Counted from the first letter of the stretch, positions 50,611 through 61,641 are shown. The stretch: DNA of 64,000 nt from Vicinamibacterales bacterium (GCA_965220695.1 OZ244838.1:1308951-1372950), one strand, 5' to 3'. Notes: generated by a model not told the origin, from the sequence alone. Program-made: numbers and translations.

Positions 50611-51489
50611 ATGGTGAAATTGGTCTGCTGGAACACCAACTTCCGGAAGGAGCCGTGGCGTTGGCTGCGCGGCATGGGCGCGGACGTCGCCTTGGTGCAG
50701 GAGGCGTGCGATCCACCGTCCGATGTGGTGGACCACGTCGAGAGCGGCCCACGCGAGCATTGGGATGCGACCGTATGGAATACGGACTATTGGAAGGGTC
50801 GCGGCTTTCGTAAGCTGTCCGATCGACAGACGATGGTACTGAAGCTGTCCGAACGGGTTCGGATCGAATGGTTCAAACAGATTGGTCCGATTTCTACTGT
50901 GAAGGAGGACGAAATTGCGGTCAGCGGTATCGGCACGATAGCGGCGGCACGCGTGATTCCGCTGGAACCCGGTCCGGAGCCGTTCATCGTCGTCTCCATG
51001 TACGCGCGATGGTTCGCGCCGCATCCTTCGACCGCAAGCACGTGGCGCGTCGGTTATTCGGACGGTACGGCGCACCGCATCATCTCCGACCTGTCCGCCT
51101 TCATAGGAAATGCCAACCCCGCAACGCACCGCATACTGGCTGCTGGCGACCTCAACATGGTCCATTGTTCAGAGACCGGCAAAATTCAGGATCTGCAAAC
51201 GCGATCAGACAGTGTTTTCGCCAGAATGGAAGCGCTCGGCCTCGAGTTGACCGGACCACGATATCCGGCCGGCAGAAAGGCCATGCCCACACCGCGCAAT
51301 CTACGGCCGGACACCAGAAACGTGCCCACCTACCGCACCGTGAAGGAGAGCCCCGCGACGGCCAGTCAGCAACTCGACTACGTGTTCGCGTCGAGGGGAT
51401 TTCACGAGCACGTGCAGGCTCGCGCGCTCAATGAGGTGGACGAGTGGGGACCGAGCGACCACTGCCGCCTCGAGATCGAGGTCGACTGA
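50611..51489 (+). CDS. Endonuclease/exonuclease/phosphatase (EEP) family protein
   Basis: 'MVKLVCWNTN', 'ADVALVQE', 'ILAAGDLNM' and the C-terminal 'WGPSDHCRLEIEV' are the EEP catalytic motifs. Confidence 0.75.
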   Translation: MVKLVCWNTNFRKEPWRWLRGMGADVALVQEACDPPSDVVDHVESGPREHWDATVWNTDYWKGRGFRKLSDRQTMVLKLSERVRIEWFKQIGPISTVKEDEIAVSGIGTIAAARVIPLEPGPEPFIVVSMYARWFAPHPSTASTWRVGYSDGTAHRIISDLSAFIGNANPATHRILAAGDLNMVHCSETGKIQDLQTRSDSVFARMEALGLELTGPRYPAGRKAMPTPRNLRPDTRNVPTYRTVKESPATASQQLDYVFASRGFHEHVQARALNEVDEWGPSDHCRLEIEVD

Positions 51490-51763
51490 CGAGCCGAGGT
51501 GACTCGTCGTGCCGGCTGTCTCCCTGGGGGCGTGATGCCGATGGAGTCTGGTCCCTTCGCGTCCACACACGGCTTCGACGATCCCTTAGATTCTCGGTCG
51601 GAAAGAGGGGTACAACGAGGGAAACTTGATAGTCAGATTGTCGTCAAGTCACTAATTGTGAATGATTTGTACGTTATTCGTGTTGGCGGCACATCCGGCA
51701 ACGGCAGGGCCTGTGATGAGGCTGGTCGTTCTGTTCGCGGCGGAACGAGATGGAGGTGTGGGG

Positions 51764-53272
51764 ATGCGCAAGCGACACATTCGGCGACCATTGCTCGGCG
51801 GCGTGTCGGGATTCGCCGCCGTGGCGCTGCTCCTGGCGGCGCCGCCGGCACCGGTCACCACGGTGTCGGCTGCCGAGCCGCCGACCGTTGCGAGGGCGCC
51901 GGACGTGGGCGCGCTGTCGACGAGCGCGGCGGCGCTGGTGGGGGAGCACGACTACGTCGAGGCCGAGTTCTTCATCAGCGGCGACGCGCAGGCGTATCGT
52001 CAACGCGGTACCTGGGGGACCGACGGGGTCTGGGCGGCGGCGCCCGGCGAGACGGCGCCCTACGCGATCAGGATGCTGGTGCGCTACCCGGCCGACCCGG
52101 CTCGCTTCAACGGCGTGGTCGTCCTGGAGTGGCTCAACGTGTCGGGGCAGACCGAGGCCGATCCCGACTTCACGTCGCTGCATCTGGAGCTGTTTCGCGG
52201 CGGGTACGCCTATGTCGGGGTCGGGGCGCAGCGGGTCGGGATCTACGGGCAAAGCGGCCTGAAGGCCCAGAACGCCGAGCGCTACGCGGGACTCGTCCAC
52301 CCCGGCGACTCGTTTTCGTACGACATCTACACGCAGGCCGGGCAGGCGGTGCGGGCGCCCACGGAACTCGCGCCGCTCGGTGGCCTGACCCCCGGGATCC
52401 GACAGCTCATCGCCGTCGGCGAGTCGCAGTCGGCGGGACGGATGGTGACCTACGTGAATGCCGTCCACCCGCTGGCACAGGTCTACGACGCGTTCCTCAT
52501 CCACAGCCGCAGCGGGGGGGCCGCCCCGCTGGCGCAGGACGCGCAGAACCGACCCACGGCGCGGACGCCGTCGCCGGCGCAGATTCGCACCGGATTACAG
52601 GCGCCGGTCTTCCAGGTGCAGGCGGAGGGCGACGTGCCGCGCTTCGTCGCCGCGCGGCAGCCGGACACCGACCGTCTCCGGACGTGGGAGCTGGCCGGCA
52701 CCGCCCACGCCGATCGCTACCTGCTGACCGGCGGCGGACGCCGGCCGCTGGCGATGACCTGCGCCGACCCGGACCCGATGCTGAGTGTGCCGATCAACGA
52801 CGGTCCCATGACCTACTCGCTGCGGGCGGCGCTGCGGCACCTGCGCCGCTGGGTCGCTGACGGAGATCTACCGCCCGGCGCGTCTCCGTTCGCGCTGGAC
52901 GGCGACGACCTGGCGCGGAACCCGGCCACCGGCCTCGTGGTGGGTGGCGTGCGAACCCCCCATGTCGACGTGCCGGTGAGTACGCTCCACGGTGTTCGTG
53001 CCCCGGCCGGCGGCGGAGGGTTCTGCCGGCTCTTCGGTCGCGCCGACCCCTGGAACGGCGACGCGGACCCGTGGGATGGCCACCCGGCCGACCCGTCACC
53101 GACGCCCGAGCCGGTGCTCTCGGCCCTGTATCCCAGCCGGGACGCCTACCTGGCGGCGTTCGCCGCGGCGATCGACCGTGGCGTGGAGGCCGGCTTCCTG
53201 CTCGAGGAGGACCGCGCCGGCATGCTGGCCGAGGCGGAGGCGGTCGCCTGGCCCTCGCCGGACGCGCGGTGA
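51764..53272 (+). CDS. Secreted alpha/beta-hydrolase-like protein, uncharacterised family
   Basis: ATG 51764 with a signal peptide. 'NGVVVLEWLNVSG' and 'LIAVGESQSAGRMV' (nucleophile-elbow-like) are present. It has the same architecture as 3829..5763. Confidence 0.55.
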   Translation: MRKRHIRRPLLGGVSGFAAVALLLAAPPAPVTTVSAAEPPTVARAPDVGALSTSAAALVGEHDYVEAEFFISGDAQAYRQRGTWGTDGVWAAAPGETAPYAIRMLVRYPADPARFNGVVVLEWLNVSGQTEADPDFTSLHLELFRGGYAYVGVGAQRVGIYGQSGLKAQNAERYAGLVHPGDSFSYDIYTQAGQAVRAPTELAPLGGLTPGIRQLIAVGESQSAGRMVTYVNAVHPLAQVYDAFLIHSRSGGAAPLAQDAQNRPTARTPSPAQIRTGLQAPVFQVQAEGDVPRFVAARQPDTDRLRTWELAGTAHADRYLLTGGGRRPLAMTCADPDPMLSVPINDGPMTYSLRAALRHLRRWVADGDLPPGASPFALDGDDLARNPATGLVVGGVRTPHVDVPVSTLHGVRAPAGGGGFCRLFGRADPWNGDADPWDGHPADPSPTPEPVLSALYPSRDAYLAAFAAAIDRGVEAGFLLEEDRAGMLAEAEAVAWPSPDAR

Positions 53273-53540
53273 GGCGCGTGATGACGCCCCGATCCTGATC
53301 GCCTGAGGGCGGAGGTCACCGTGCATGCAGGGACCCGAGGCCCAGCGCTCACCGATCGAAGGTCGACGTGCGGAGCTCGCGTCCCGGCTCTGTCTGCATC
53401 TCTTCGACCACGACGCGGGGCGTCTCGCGGTGCCGGTATCGCAGGACCCATTTCAGGCCCTCCCGACTCGCACCTTAAGATTCCTCGGTCGGGCCCGAGT
53501 GGACAACCTTTGATTGAGCACAGCCAGGTGGTGCACCGTG

Positions 53541-54914
53541 TCAGTCGGTCCAGCGCGTCCGCAAGGCCTCGCGGTCGACCTCGACGCCTCGAAGATACAC
53601 CGCGGCGATCTGCCGCGTATGCATGATGTCGTCGAGCGGGTTGGCGTCGAGCACCAGGAAGTCGGCGCTCCGTCCGGCCTCGAGGCTCCCGGTCCCGGTC
53701 AGCCCGAACGCCCGCGCCGCCCGGGACGTAGCGGCCACGATCGCCTCCGCCGGCGTCATTCCCAGCCGCACGAAAAGCTCCAGCTCCAGATGATCCGCGT
53801 AGCCGAAGAAGTCGCCCACCGCGCCAGCGTCGGTGCCCAGGATGACCTGGCCGCGCAGCCGCATGAAGTTGTCCCGGATCATCCGGGCCCGCGCTTCGGC
53901 TGCCGCGGTCCGAGGGCCGGCGGCGCCGGGGTCGCCGGCCGCGGCGTCCCGCAGCATCGCGACGACCGCCTCCGGAACCTGCTCCTGGAAGAAGGGATCC
54001 TCGTACACGGGTCGCCTGAACGGCTCGCGCCGGGTGACCATGCCGAGGGTCGGCACGATGAAGGCGTTACGCGCCGCGACGAGCCGGAGATACTCGTCGT
54101 CGACAGCCACGTCGTAGGGCATGTGGATGAAGCGCCGGGCGCCGGCCTCGAGTAGCCGCTTGTGGTCCTCCAGCGTGGTCGCATGCGCGATCACCCGGAT
54201 GTCCTGAACCTGGGCCTCATCGAGGATGGCCGCGTAGATATCCGGCTGGAGCTTCACCCGCGCGCCACGCCGTTCGTCACGCGCGTCCACCCAGATCTTC
54301 AGAATCCGGATTCCACGCGCGGCCTCGGCCCGCACGACCTCGCGCGCCTCGGCGGGGGTGGTGACCGCGTGCAGCCCCCACCATCCAGCGTCGTTCGTGA
54401 ACCTGGGATTCGGTCCGCCGCCGGGCGTCCCGAGACCGGGCGACACCAGGTAGCGAGCGCCCTCGACCTCGCCCAACCGTTGCGCCCGCCGGACCTCGAG
54501 GGCGATCTCCTCGATGTCGCTGCCGGTGGAAATGACCGTCCCGACGCCGTAGTAGGCGTGGCGGTGCAGATGGTCGATGAGGTTCTCGCGGGTGAAGTTC
54601 TCGGCGCCCCAGCTCGCGTACTGCTCCCAGCCGAGATGCGCGTGGGTGTTGACCAGCGCCGGCATCACCGTGCGCCCGGTCAGGTCGACGACTCTCGCCT
54701 CCGGCGGCGCCGGCACATCGCCGGCGCTCCCGACCCGCACCATCAATTCGTCGCGGACCAGGAACGCAGCCTCCTCGATGACGCGGCCGTCGCCGACGAT
54801 CAGGCGCCCGCCGGTGAACAACTGGACGGCGGGGATCGAGGCGGCGGGAGACAGCCGTTGGCCGTCCGCATCACACGCGATACCCGTCAGGAGCGCGAGC
54901 GCCACCAGCCGCAT
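53541..54914 (-). CDS. Amidohydrolase-family metallohydrolase (secreted)
   Basis: ATG 54914. 'PALVNTHAHLGWE' is the HxH metal motif. 'IAHATTLEDHKRLLEAG' and 'LGTDAGAV' are also typical. Confidence 0.8.
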   Translation of the reverse strand: MRLVALALLTGIACDADGQRLSPAASIPAVQLFTGGRLIVGDGRVIEEAAFLVRDELMVRVGSAGDVPAPPEARVVDLTGRTVMPALVNTHAHLGWEQYASWGAENFTRENLIDHLHRHAYYGVGTVISTGSDIEEIALEVRRAQRLGEVEGARYLVSPGLGTPGGGPNPRFTNDAGWWGLHAVTTPAEAREVVRAEAARGIRILKIWVDARDERRGARVKLQPDIYAAILDEAQVQDIRVIAHATTLEDHKRLLEAGARRFIHMPYDVAVDDEYLRLVAARNAFIVPTLGMVTRREPFRRPVYEDPFFQEQVPEAVVAMLRDAAAGDPGAAGPRTAAAEARARMIRDNFMRLRGQVILGTDAGAVGDFFGYADHLELELFVRLGMTPAEAIVAATSRAARAFGLTGTGSLEAGRSADFLVLDANPLDDIMHTRQIAAVYLRGVEVDREALRTRWTD

Positions 54915-55473
54915 GGCACGCCGCCGGGCCCTGCGCCCGCCGGACGGTCGAGTCGTCGACGTGGCCGCCGTCCGCGGCGGCGTGACCCGCCGCAGCCGAA
55001 CGCGATGTGCCGGCGCGACGTCAAGTCGAGCCGCATGACGACCCCAGGAATTCTCGAGCATGCCCCTCAAACTCTCCGGCTGCCTGGATCAGACCCTTTA
55101 TACGCCCGTACGTGCTCCGTACGCCACGGTGGCCAGGAACGTGGGCGGAGTATGAAACCGAGCCGATGATCGCCGCGATATTGTGCGTCAGGTAGCGACG
55201 TTCGAACCAATCCGGTCCTGGTGCGTCGTCGAGGTCCCCGGCGACCACGATCGACGCTTCCGCTGCGTCCGGCGCGCGGTCGGTCTGACCGCGGGCAGCC
55301 CCGGCGCGCCCGTTCGCGATTGACGATCGCCCCTTGTGTCGATATCGTGAGACGAATTCGGCGCAAAGCGCCCCCGGGGGCAAATCCGCGTGAGGACGAC
55401 CGGTTTTCCGCCCTGCTCCAGGCAGCGGCATGCCGGAGTTCCAAGGGGGGCGGAATGACCGGGAGGGGGCACC

Positions 55474-56346
55474 ATGACCGGGAAGCGCGCTAATTTGGAC
55501 TATCTCCTGCGAATCTGGCGGGTCCGTCATGGGCTCGCGCGGTCTCGCCGGCTCGTAGCAGGCGCCGGCGTCCTGATCAGCCTGGTGCTGGTCGGGTGCG
55601 GGCCGAGTCCGAGCTTCGAGAGCGCCGGGATCGGCCAGACCGGCGTGACTGCAGCGGGGGAGGTGTCGATCCCGGTGCCGCCAGGCGAGAACGAGAGTGG
55701 GGATCTCCTCGTGGCGATCCTCGGCGCCCCGGGGAACCCGAATACCTCCGGGCCCGAGGGATGGACGGAGGTGCCCGGTTTCCATGGCTTCAACGGCGCC
55801 ACGTGTCAGTCGGATGGACAGGGGACCGCGTGTCAACTGGCCGTCTTCTACAGAATCGCCGACGGATCGGAGTCCACCGCTTCCTTTTCGTGGGGCGGCA
55901 GGCGGCAGGCGGCAGCGGCCGTGCTGCGGTTCTCGAACGTCGATGTGAACCGGCCGATCGGCGCGGCGAACCACCGGCGCGGGTCGTCGGATACGCCGAC
56001 GGCGCCGGTGATCGAGACCACCCGGGACGGGTCCCGCGCGCTGCGGATCGTGGTCACCGAGCTGGACGAAGCGGGGCCGTTTGTCCGCGGGGCGGTGGCG
56101 CTGGTTGAAGAACCTCCCACGTCACGGCTGAACATCGTCTCGTTCCCTGTTGCCGCGGACGAGCCGACGAACGGCTGCGGCCCGCCGGTGGGCGCGTGCG
56201 ACCAGGCCGAGCGCGCCGTGGCGCTCGCCGTGTCGGAAACGCGTCACGCGTCCGCCGGTCCCTCCGGTCCCGTCTCGTGGGAGCTCCCCTCCGGCGACCA
56301 GTGGCTTACCGCCACGATAGAGGTCAAGCGGCCGCCCGGGCAGTGA
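55474..56346 (+). CDS. Hypothetical lipoprotein
   Basis: It has the lipobox 'LVLVGCG'. 290 aa, family not recognised. Confidence 0.5.
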   Translation: MTGKRANLDYLLRIWRVRHGLARSRRLVAGAGVLISLVLVGCGPSPSFESAGIGQTGVTAAGEVSIPVPPGENESGDLLVAILGAPGNPNTSGPEGWTEVPGFHGFNGATCQSDGQGTACQLAVFYRIADGSESTASFSWGGRRQAAAAVLRFSNVDVNRPIGAANHRRGSSDTPTAPVIETTRDGSRALRIVVTELDEAGPFVRGAVALVEEPPTSRLNIVSFPVAADEPTNGCGPPVGACDQAERAVALAVSETRHASAGPSGPVSWELPSGDQWLTATIEVKRPPGQ

Positions 56347-56379
56347 TGCTGAAGCCTCGCGCGTCGAGGAGCACGACTG

Positions 56380-57594
56380 ATGAGAGTTGCCACCCGCCTG
56401 CGGTACATTGCCGCGCCGCTTGCCCTGGGTCTCGCTGCCTGTGCCGGGCCGCCGGATGCCCCCTCCCTGCATGGGCAGTGGGACGCCACCGTCGTCGTCA
56501 ACGAGATCGAGATCCCGTTCCTGTTCGAGATTGCCGATGACACCGAACGCTTGCAGGGGACCTTCTTCAACGGTCCGCTCAGAATCACGTCGACTGATGG
56601 GCGGTTCGAGAACGATACCCTCTCGCTGGCATTCGACCAGTATGCCTCGGCCATCGAGGCGACCTACTCGGACGGGCGGCTCGAGGGACGGTATGTGCGC
56701 GGCACGCGACGCGCCTATCCCTTCGCGGCCCGGCCCGCGAGCACGGCCGAGCCGGCGACGGCCGACGCGCCATCCATTGCCGGGGTCTGGACGATTCCCA
56801 CCGAGAGCAGCAAGGGCGAGCGGGCTTGGCGTTTCATCGTCAGGCAAAGCGGGGCAGAGGTTTCCGGAGCAATCCTCCGCGTGGATGGCGACACCGGCAA
56901 CCTCACCGGCGCGTATCGTGACCGCACGTTTGTCATGAGCCACTTCTCGGGCGCGCGCCCCCTGTTGCTCGAGGTGACGCTCGAGGACGACGGCTCGCTC
57001 CGGCTGCTGCAGAACCGACAACGGGAACTGACGGCGGTCCGGTCGGACAGCGCGGCCGCCGCCGCGTTACCCAAGCCGACCGATCCGTCCCGCCACACCA
57101 CCGTCGCCGATCCGGATGCGCCGTTTCGCTTCAGCTTCCCGGACCTCGACGGGCGGATCGTGACGAACGAGGATCCGCGGTTCGCCGGGAAGGTCGTCGT
57201 GGTGAACATCACCGGGAGCTGGTGCCCCAACTGTCACGACGAGGCGCCGTTCCTGGCGGAGTTGTATGACACCTACCGTGAACTGGGGCTGGAGATGGTG
57301 GGGCTGGCGTTCGAAGAGGCGGATCAACTGGCGGATCCGACCCGGCTGCGGGCCTTCATCGAGGAGTACGGCCTCGGGTACACGTTCCTGCTCGCCGGTG
57401 TGCCGGACGATCTGAACGAGAAGATCCCTCAGGCTGTCAATCTCAACGCATTTCCGACGACGTTCATCCTGGGGCGGGACGGGCGCGTGCGCGGTGTGCA
57501 CGCCGGCTTCCCGAGTCCCGCCAGCGGAGACTTCTACACCGAGGCGCGGGACGAGGTGACGACGCTGATCGAGGCGTTGCTCGCCGAGTCGTGA
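56380..57594 (+). CDS. TlpA-like thioredoxin-fold lipoprotein with N-terminal extra domains
   Basis: It has the lipobox 'GLAACAG' and 'VVVVNITGSWCPNCHDEAPFL', a CxxC thioredoxin motif. Confidence 0.75.
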   Translation: MRVATRLRYIAAPLALGLAACAGPPDAPSLHGQWDATVVVNEIEIPFLFEIADDTERLQGTFFNGPLRITSTDGRFENDTLSLAFDQYASAIEATYSDGRLEGRYVRGTRRAYPFAARPASTAEPATADAPSIAGVWTIPTESSKGERAWRFIVRQSGAEVSGAILRVDGDTGNLTGAYRDRTFVMSHFSGARPLLLEVTLEDDGSLRLLQNRQRELTAVRSDSAAAAALPKPTDPSRHTTVADPDAPFRFSFPDLDGRIVTNEDPRFAGKVVVVNITGSWCPNCHDEAPFLAELYDTYRELGLEMVGLAFEEADQLADPTRLRAFIEEYGLGYTFLLAGVPDDLNEKIPQAVNLNAFPTTFILGRDGRVRGVHAGFPSPASGDFYTEARDEVTTLIEALLAES

Positions 57595-57865
57595 CCATGC
57601 ACCGGCAGCCCCCGCTCCCGGCGCAGCGTCGTGTCCGGAGAGATGTGGATGCTGGTGGTGACCGCGACGCCGTCGGCAATGCGCAACGGCGTGCGGCCAT
57701 TTCGAATCACTTGCGAGCATGCGATGGCGATCCCTGCCGGAATAGTGTTGTAACTCCTTCGTGAACAGATGGTTACGTGCCGCCGGTCTTGACTTGCCGG
57801 TCCGTTGCGGGTAGGCTGTGTCGGATCTGGAAACCATCGTCCACTAACAAAGGCGGCGTGTCGCC

Positions 57866-60253
57866 GTGCCGCAGATGAGACACCCCACGCTCCAGGCCAA
57901 CGTGGACCGCGCAGTGCGAGCTGTCGTGGCAGCGTTGGCCGTCTCGCTTTGCCTGCCGGCGGGGGCGGCGGCGCAGGCCGGTCCGTCAGCGTCGAGCGCG
58001 CGTGCGGTGCTCGATCAGTACTGCGTGACCTGCCACAACGATCGGCTCGAAACCGCCGGTCTGTCGCTGCAGCGGCTCGATGTCGCCAACGTGCACGAGG
58101 GCGCCGAAGCCTGGGAAAAGGCGGTGCGCAAGCTGCGCACCGGCGCGATGCCGCCGGCGACGCGGCCGCAGCCGTCGGCCGCTGACCGCGGCGCACTGGC
58201 GACGTGGCTGGAGACGTCGCTCGACCAGGCGGCCCTGGCGGCGCCGAATGCGGGCCGCACCGAGACGTTGCGACGCCTCAACCGCACCGAGTATCAGAAC
58301 GCCGTCCGGGATCTGCTGGCGCTCGACGTCGACGCCGGAGCGCTGCTGCCGCCCGACGAAGCGGGCTACGGCTTCGACAACGTCAACGTCGGCGACCTGT
58401 CCCCGGCGCTGCTCGACCGCTACATCTCCGCGGCGCAGAAGATCAGCCGGCTGGCGGTGGGCAGCACACAGGCGGCGTTGCAGAGCGACGTCATTCGCGT
58501 GCCGGCCGACACGACGCAGGAGGAACATGTCGCCGGTCTGCCGATCGGGACACGCGGGGGCCTGTCGACCACCTATACGTTCGCGCAGGACGGCGAATAC
58601 CACATCCAGATCCGCTTGGCGCGCAACCGCACCGGCAACATCGGCGGACTGCGAGGCCGGGATCTGCACACCGTGCAACTGCTCATCGACCGGCTGCCGG
58701 TGGCGACGTTCACGGTCGAGCGGCCCCGGGGCGGCGACGACAAGTTCGCCGACGGCCATCTGAAGGTCCGCGTGCCGCTGACCGCCGGGCCCCACGAGGT
58801 CGGCGCGACGTTTCTCAAGCAGGCCTCGTCGTTGATGGAAACAGAGCGGCAGCCGCTGCTGGCGCACTTCAACGAGCAGCGGCATCCCCGCCGGACACCG
58901 GCCGTGTACCAGGTCACCATCACCGGTCCGTACGGCCCGCGGGGGGCCGGCGACACGCCGAGCCGGAACCGGCTGTTCGTCTGCACGCCCACACAGGTCA
59001 GCGAGGAGGAGACCTGCGCAGAGGAGATTCTGTCGACCTTCATGCGCCGCGCCTTTCGACGGCCGATCAGCGCCGAAGACGTCGAGGGGCCGATGGCCTT
59101 CTACCGCGAAGGGCGCGCCGCCGGTGATTTCGACGCCGGCATCGGGAACGCGCTGACCTCCGTGCTGGTCGATGCCGAGTTCCTCTTCCGCGTCGAGACG
59201 GACCCTGCGCAGGGGACACCCGGCGCCCCCTACCGCATCAGCGATCTCGAGCTGGCCTCGCGGCTGTCGTTCTTCCTGTGGAGCAGCATTCCGGATGACG
59301 AGCTGCTCGACGCGGCCATCCGCGGAGAGCTGCGCCGGCCCGGCGAGATCGAGCGCCACACGCGCAGAATGCTCGCCGACCCGCGCTCGAACAACCTGGC
59401 GCGCAACTTCGGCGGCCAGTGGCTGATGCTGCGCAACCTCGCGTCGGTCAGCCCGAATCCGCGTCTGTACCCCGATTTCGACGACAACCTGCGGCAGGCG
59501 TTCCGGCAGGAGACGGAGCTTTTCTTCGACAGCGTGCTGCGCGAGGACCGCAGCGTGCTCGACCTGCTGAAGGCCGACTACACGTTTCTCAACGAGCGGC
59601 TGGCGAAGCACTACGGCATTCCCGGCGTCTACGGCAGCCGCTTCCGGCGCGTCCAGCTTGACGGCGAGAGCCGGCGGGGCGGCTTGCTGCGGCACGGCAG
59701 CATCCTGTCGGTGACCTCCTATGCGACCCGCACGTCGCCCGTCATCCGCGGCAAGTGGGTGCTCGACAACATCTACGGCGCACCGCCTCCGCCGCCGCCG
59801 GCGAACGTGCCCGATCTCGAAGAGACCTCGGTGGCCGCGAACCTGCCGATGCGCGAGCGGCTGGCCCAGCACCGCACCAATCCGGCCTGCGCCAGTTGTC
59901 ACACCATGATCGACCCGGTCGGGTTCTCGCTGGAGAACTACGACGCCGTCGGCCGCTGGCGGGATCACGGCGGTGACGCCGGCGCCGTGGACGTCTCGGG
60001 GGGGCTGCCCGGGGTCGGCGAGTTCCAGGGGGTGGACGGGCTCGAAGCAGGGTTGTTGAGCCGCCCGGAGCTGTTCGCCGGCCGGATGACCGAGAAGCTG
60101 CTGACGTTCGCGCTGGGGCGCGGCGTCGAGTACTACGACGCGCCGGCGATTCGCCAGATTCTGCGCGACGCCGCGCAAGACGATTACCGGTTCTCGTCGT
60201 TGATCATTGGGATAGTCAAGAGCGTACCGTTTCAGATGAGGAACTCGACATGA
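57866..60253 (+). CDS. DUF1592/DUF1588-family protein with N-terminal Planctomycete-type cytochrome c motif
   Basis: 'LDQYCVTCHNDR' is a CxxCH site. The large multidomain body and the immediately following DUF1552 gene form the classic pair. The start is GTG 57866 or ATG 57875. Confidence 0.8.
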   Translation: MPQMRHPTLQANVDRAVRAVVAALAVSLCLPAGAAAQAGPSASSARAVLDQYCVTCHNDRLETAGLSLQRLDVANVHEGAEAWEKAVRKLRTGAMPPATRPQPSAADRGALATWLETSLDQAALAAPNAGRTETLRRLNRTEYQNAVRDLLALDVDAGALLPPDEAGYGFDNVNVGDLSPALLDRYISAAQKISRLAVGSTQAALQSDVIRVPADTTQEEHVAGLPIGTRGGLSTTYTFAQDGEYHIQIRLARNRTGNIGGLRGRDLHTVQLLIDRLPVATFTVERPRGGDDKFADGHLKVRVPLTAGPHEVGATFLKQASSLMETERQPLLAHFNEQRHPRRTPAVYQVTITGPYGPRGAGDTPSRNRLFVCTPTQVSEEETCAEEILSTFMRRAFRRPISAEDVEGPMAFYREGRAAGDFDAGIGNALTSVLVDAEFLFRVETDPAQGTPGAPYRISDLELASRLSFFLWSSIPDDELLDAAIRGELRRPGEIERHTRRMLADPRSNNLARNFGGQWLMLRNLASVSPNPRLYPDFDDNLRQAFRQETELFFDSVLREDRSVLDLLKADYTFLNERLAKHYGIPGVYGSRFRRVQLDGESRRGGLLRHGSILSVTSYATRTSPVIRGKWVLDNIYGAPPPPPPANVPDLEETSVAANLPMRERLAQHRTNPACASCHTMIDPVGFSLENYDAVGRWRDHGGDAGAVDVSGGLPGVGEFQGVDGLEAGLLSRPELFAGRMTEKLLTFALGRGVEYYDAPAIRQILRDAAQDDYRFSSLIIGIVKSVPFQMRNST

Positions 60254-61590
60254 TCATCACGAAGAAGGCGCTGCCGCGGCGCACGTTCCTGAAGGGCATG
60301 CAGGCGACCCTCGCGCTCCCGCTGCTGGACGCCATGATACCGGCCGCCACCGCGCTGGCGCAGACGCCGGCGCGCGCGGTGCGCCGGCTCGGCTACATCT
60401 TCGTTCCGATGGGCTGCGATCATGCCCGCTGGACGCCGGAGGGGCGGGGCGCGCTCGACCAGTTGACCCCCTGCCTCAGTCCGCTCGAGCCGGTTCGCGA
60501 GCAGTTGACGGTCGTCACCAACCTGGAGTTGCAGAACTCCTATCCCGGCACGCACGACACGTCGAACTCCGGGTTCCTGAGCGCGGCGTTCGCCAAGCAT
60601 ACCGAGAGTTCGGACTACCGCTTGGGCACTACCGCCGACCAGCTCGCGGCGCAACAGATCGGCCAGACCCAATTGCGGTCGCTCGAGCTGTCGATGGACC
60701 TGAACCCGCTGGCCGGGGTTTGCAACAACGGCTACGCCTGCGTCTACCAGAACAACCTCTCGTGGTCGTCGCCGACGACACCCCTGCCCTCGGAGGCGCA
60801 TCCGCGCATCGTGTTCGAGCGGCTCTTCGGCGAGGGGGGCACGCCCGACGAGAGGCGCGCCGCGCTCAAGAGCCGGGCAAGCCTGCTGGACGCGTTCACC
60901 GACGACATCGCCAGACTCAAGGGGGTGGTCGGTACGGGGGACCGCGCGCGCGTCGATCAGTATCTCGACAGCATCCGCGAGGTGGAGCGCCAGATTCAGC
61001 AGGCCGAGGCGGGCGCGGCGAAGAATCCGATGCCCGATCTCGACCGTCCGGTGGGCGTGCCCGAGATGTTCGCCGACCACGCGAAGCTGCTCTTCGACCT
61101 GCAGCTCCTGGCATTTCAGGGCGACATCACGCGGGTCGTCAGCTTCCAGATCACCCGCGAACTCAGCAACCGCACCTATCCGGAGATCGGCGTGCCCGAC
61201 CCGCACCATCCGACGAGCCACCACGGCAACGACCCGGAGAAGGTCGCCAAGATCGCCAAGATCAACACGTTCCACGTGTCGCTGTTCTCCGAATTCCTCC
61301 AGAAGCTGAAGGCGACGCCGGAGGGCGACGGCACGCTGCTCGACAACACGATCTACCTGTATGGCAGCGGGATGGGCAACCCCAGCCTGCATGACCATGT
61401 GAACCTGCCGATTCTGGTCGCGGGCGGCGCGGCGACCGGCATGAAGGGTGGCCAGCACATCAGGTACGACGAGGGCACGCCGCTGGCGAATCTCCATCTC
61501 ACGCTGCTGGATCGGGTCGGCGTCCGTCTCGATACCTTCGGCGACAGCGACGGCAAGGTCGAAGACCTCTTCGACCCGGTGGCGGTGTAG
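60250..61590 (+). CDS. DUF1552-family protein with Tat signal
   Basis: 'KKALPRRTFLKGMQATLALPLLDAM' is a Tat signal. It overlaps the upstream stop (ATGA). 446 aa. Confidence 0.8.
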   Translation: MIITKKALPRRTFLKGMQATLALPLLDAMIPAATALAQTPARAVRRLGYIFVPMGCDHARWTPEGRGALDQLTPCLSPLEPVREQLTVVTNLELQNSYPGTHDTSNSGFLSAAFAKHTESSDYRLGTTADQLAAQQIGQTQLRSLELSMDLNPLAGVCNNGYACVYQNNLSWSSPTTPLPSEAHPRIVFERLFGEGGTPDERRAALKSRASLLDAFTDDIARLKGVVGTGDRARVDQYLDSIREVERQIQQAEAGAAKNPMPDLDRPVGVPEMFADHAKLLFDLQLLAFQGDITRVVSFQITRELSNRTYPEIGVPDPHHPTSHHGNDPEKVAKIAKINTFHVSLFSEFLQKLKATPEGDGTLLDNTIYLYGSGMGNPSLHDHVNLPILVAGGAATGMKGGQHIRYDEGTPLANLHLTLLDRVGVRLDTFGDSDGKVEDLFDPVAV

Positions 61591-61641
61591 CGCGGTGTCG
61601 TCGTACGGCTGGGTCGAGTGCGCAGGCAGGAGAGACGACAG

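Noticed and set aside
55190-55330. Minus-strand reading 'ASIVVAGDLDDAPGPDWFERRYL' resembling an EEP-family 'GDLN' motif (possible gene fragment)
   Set aside because: It is a single short motif without flanking EEP motifs. It lies in an intergenic region and the evidence is too weak to call.
57986-60178. 730-aa minus-strand ORF
   Set aside because: It is antisense shadow of the DUF1592-family gene.
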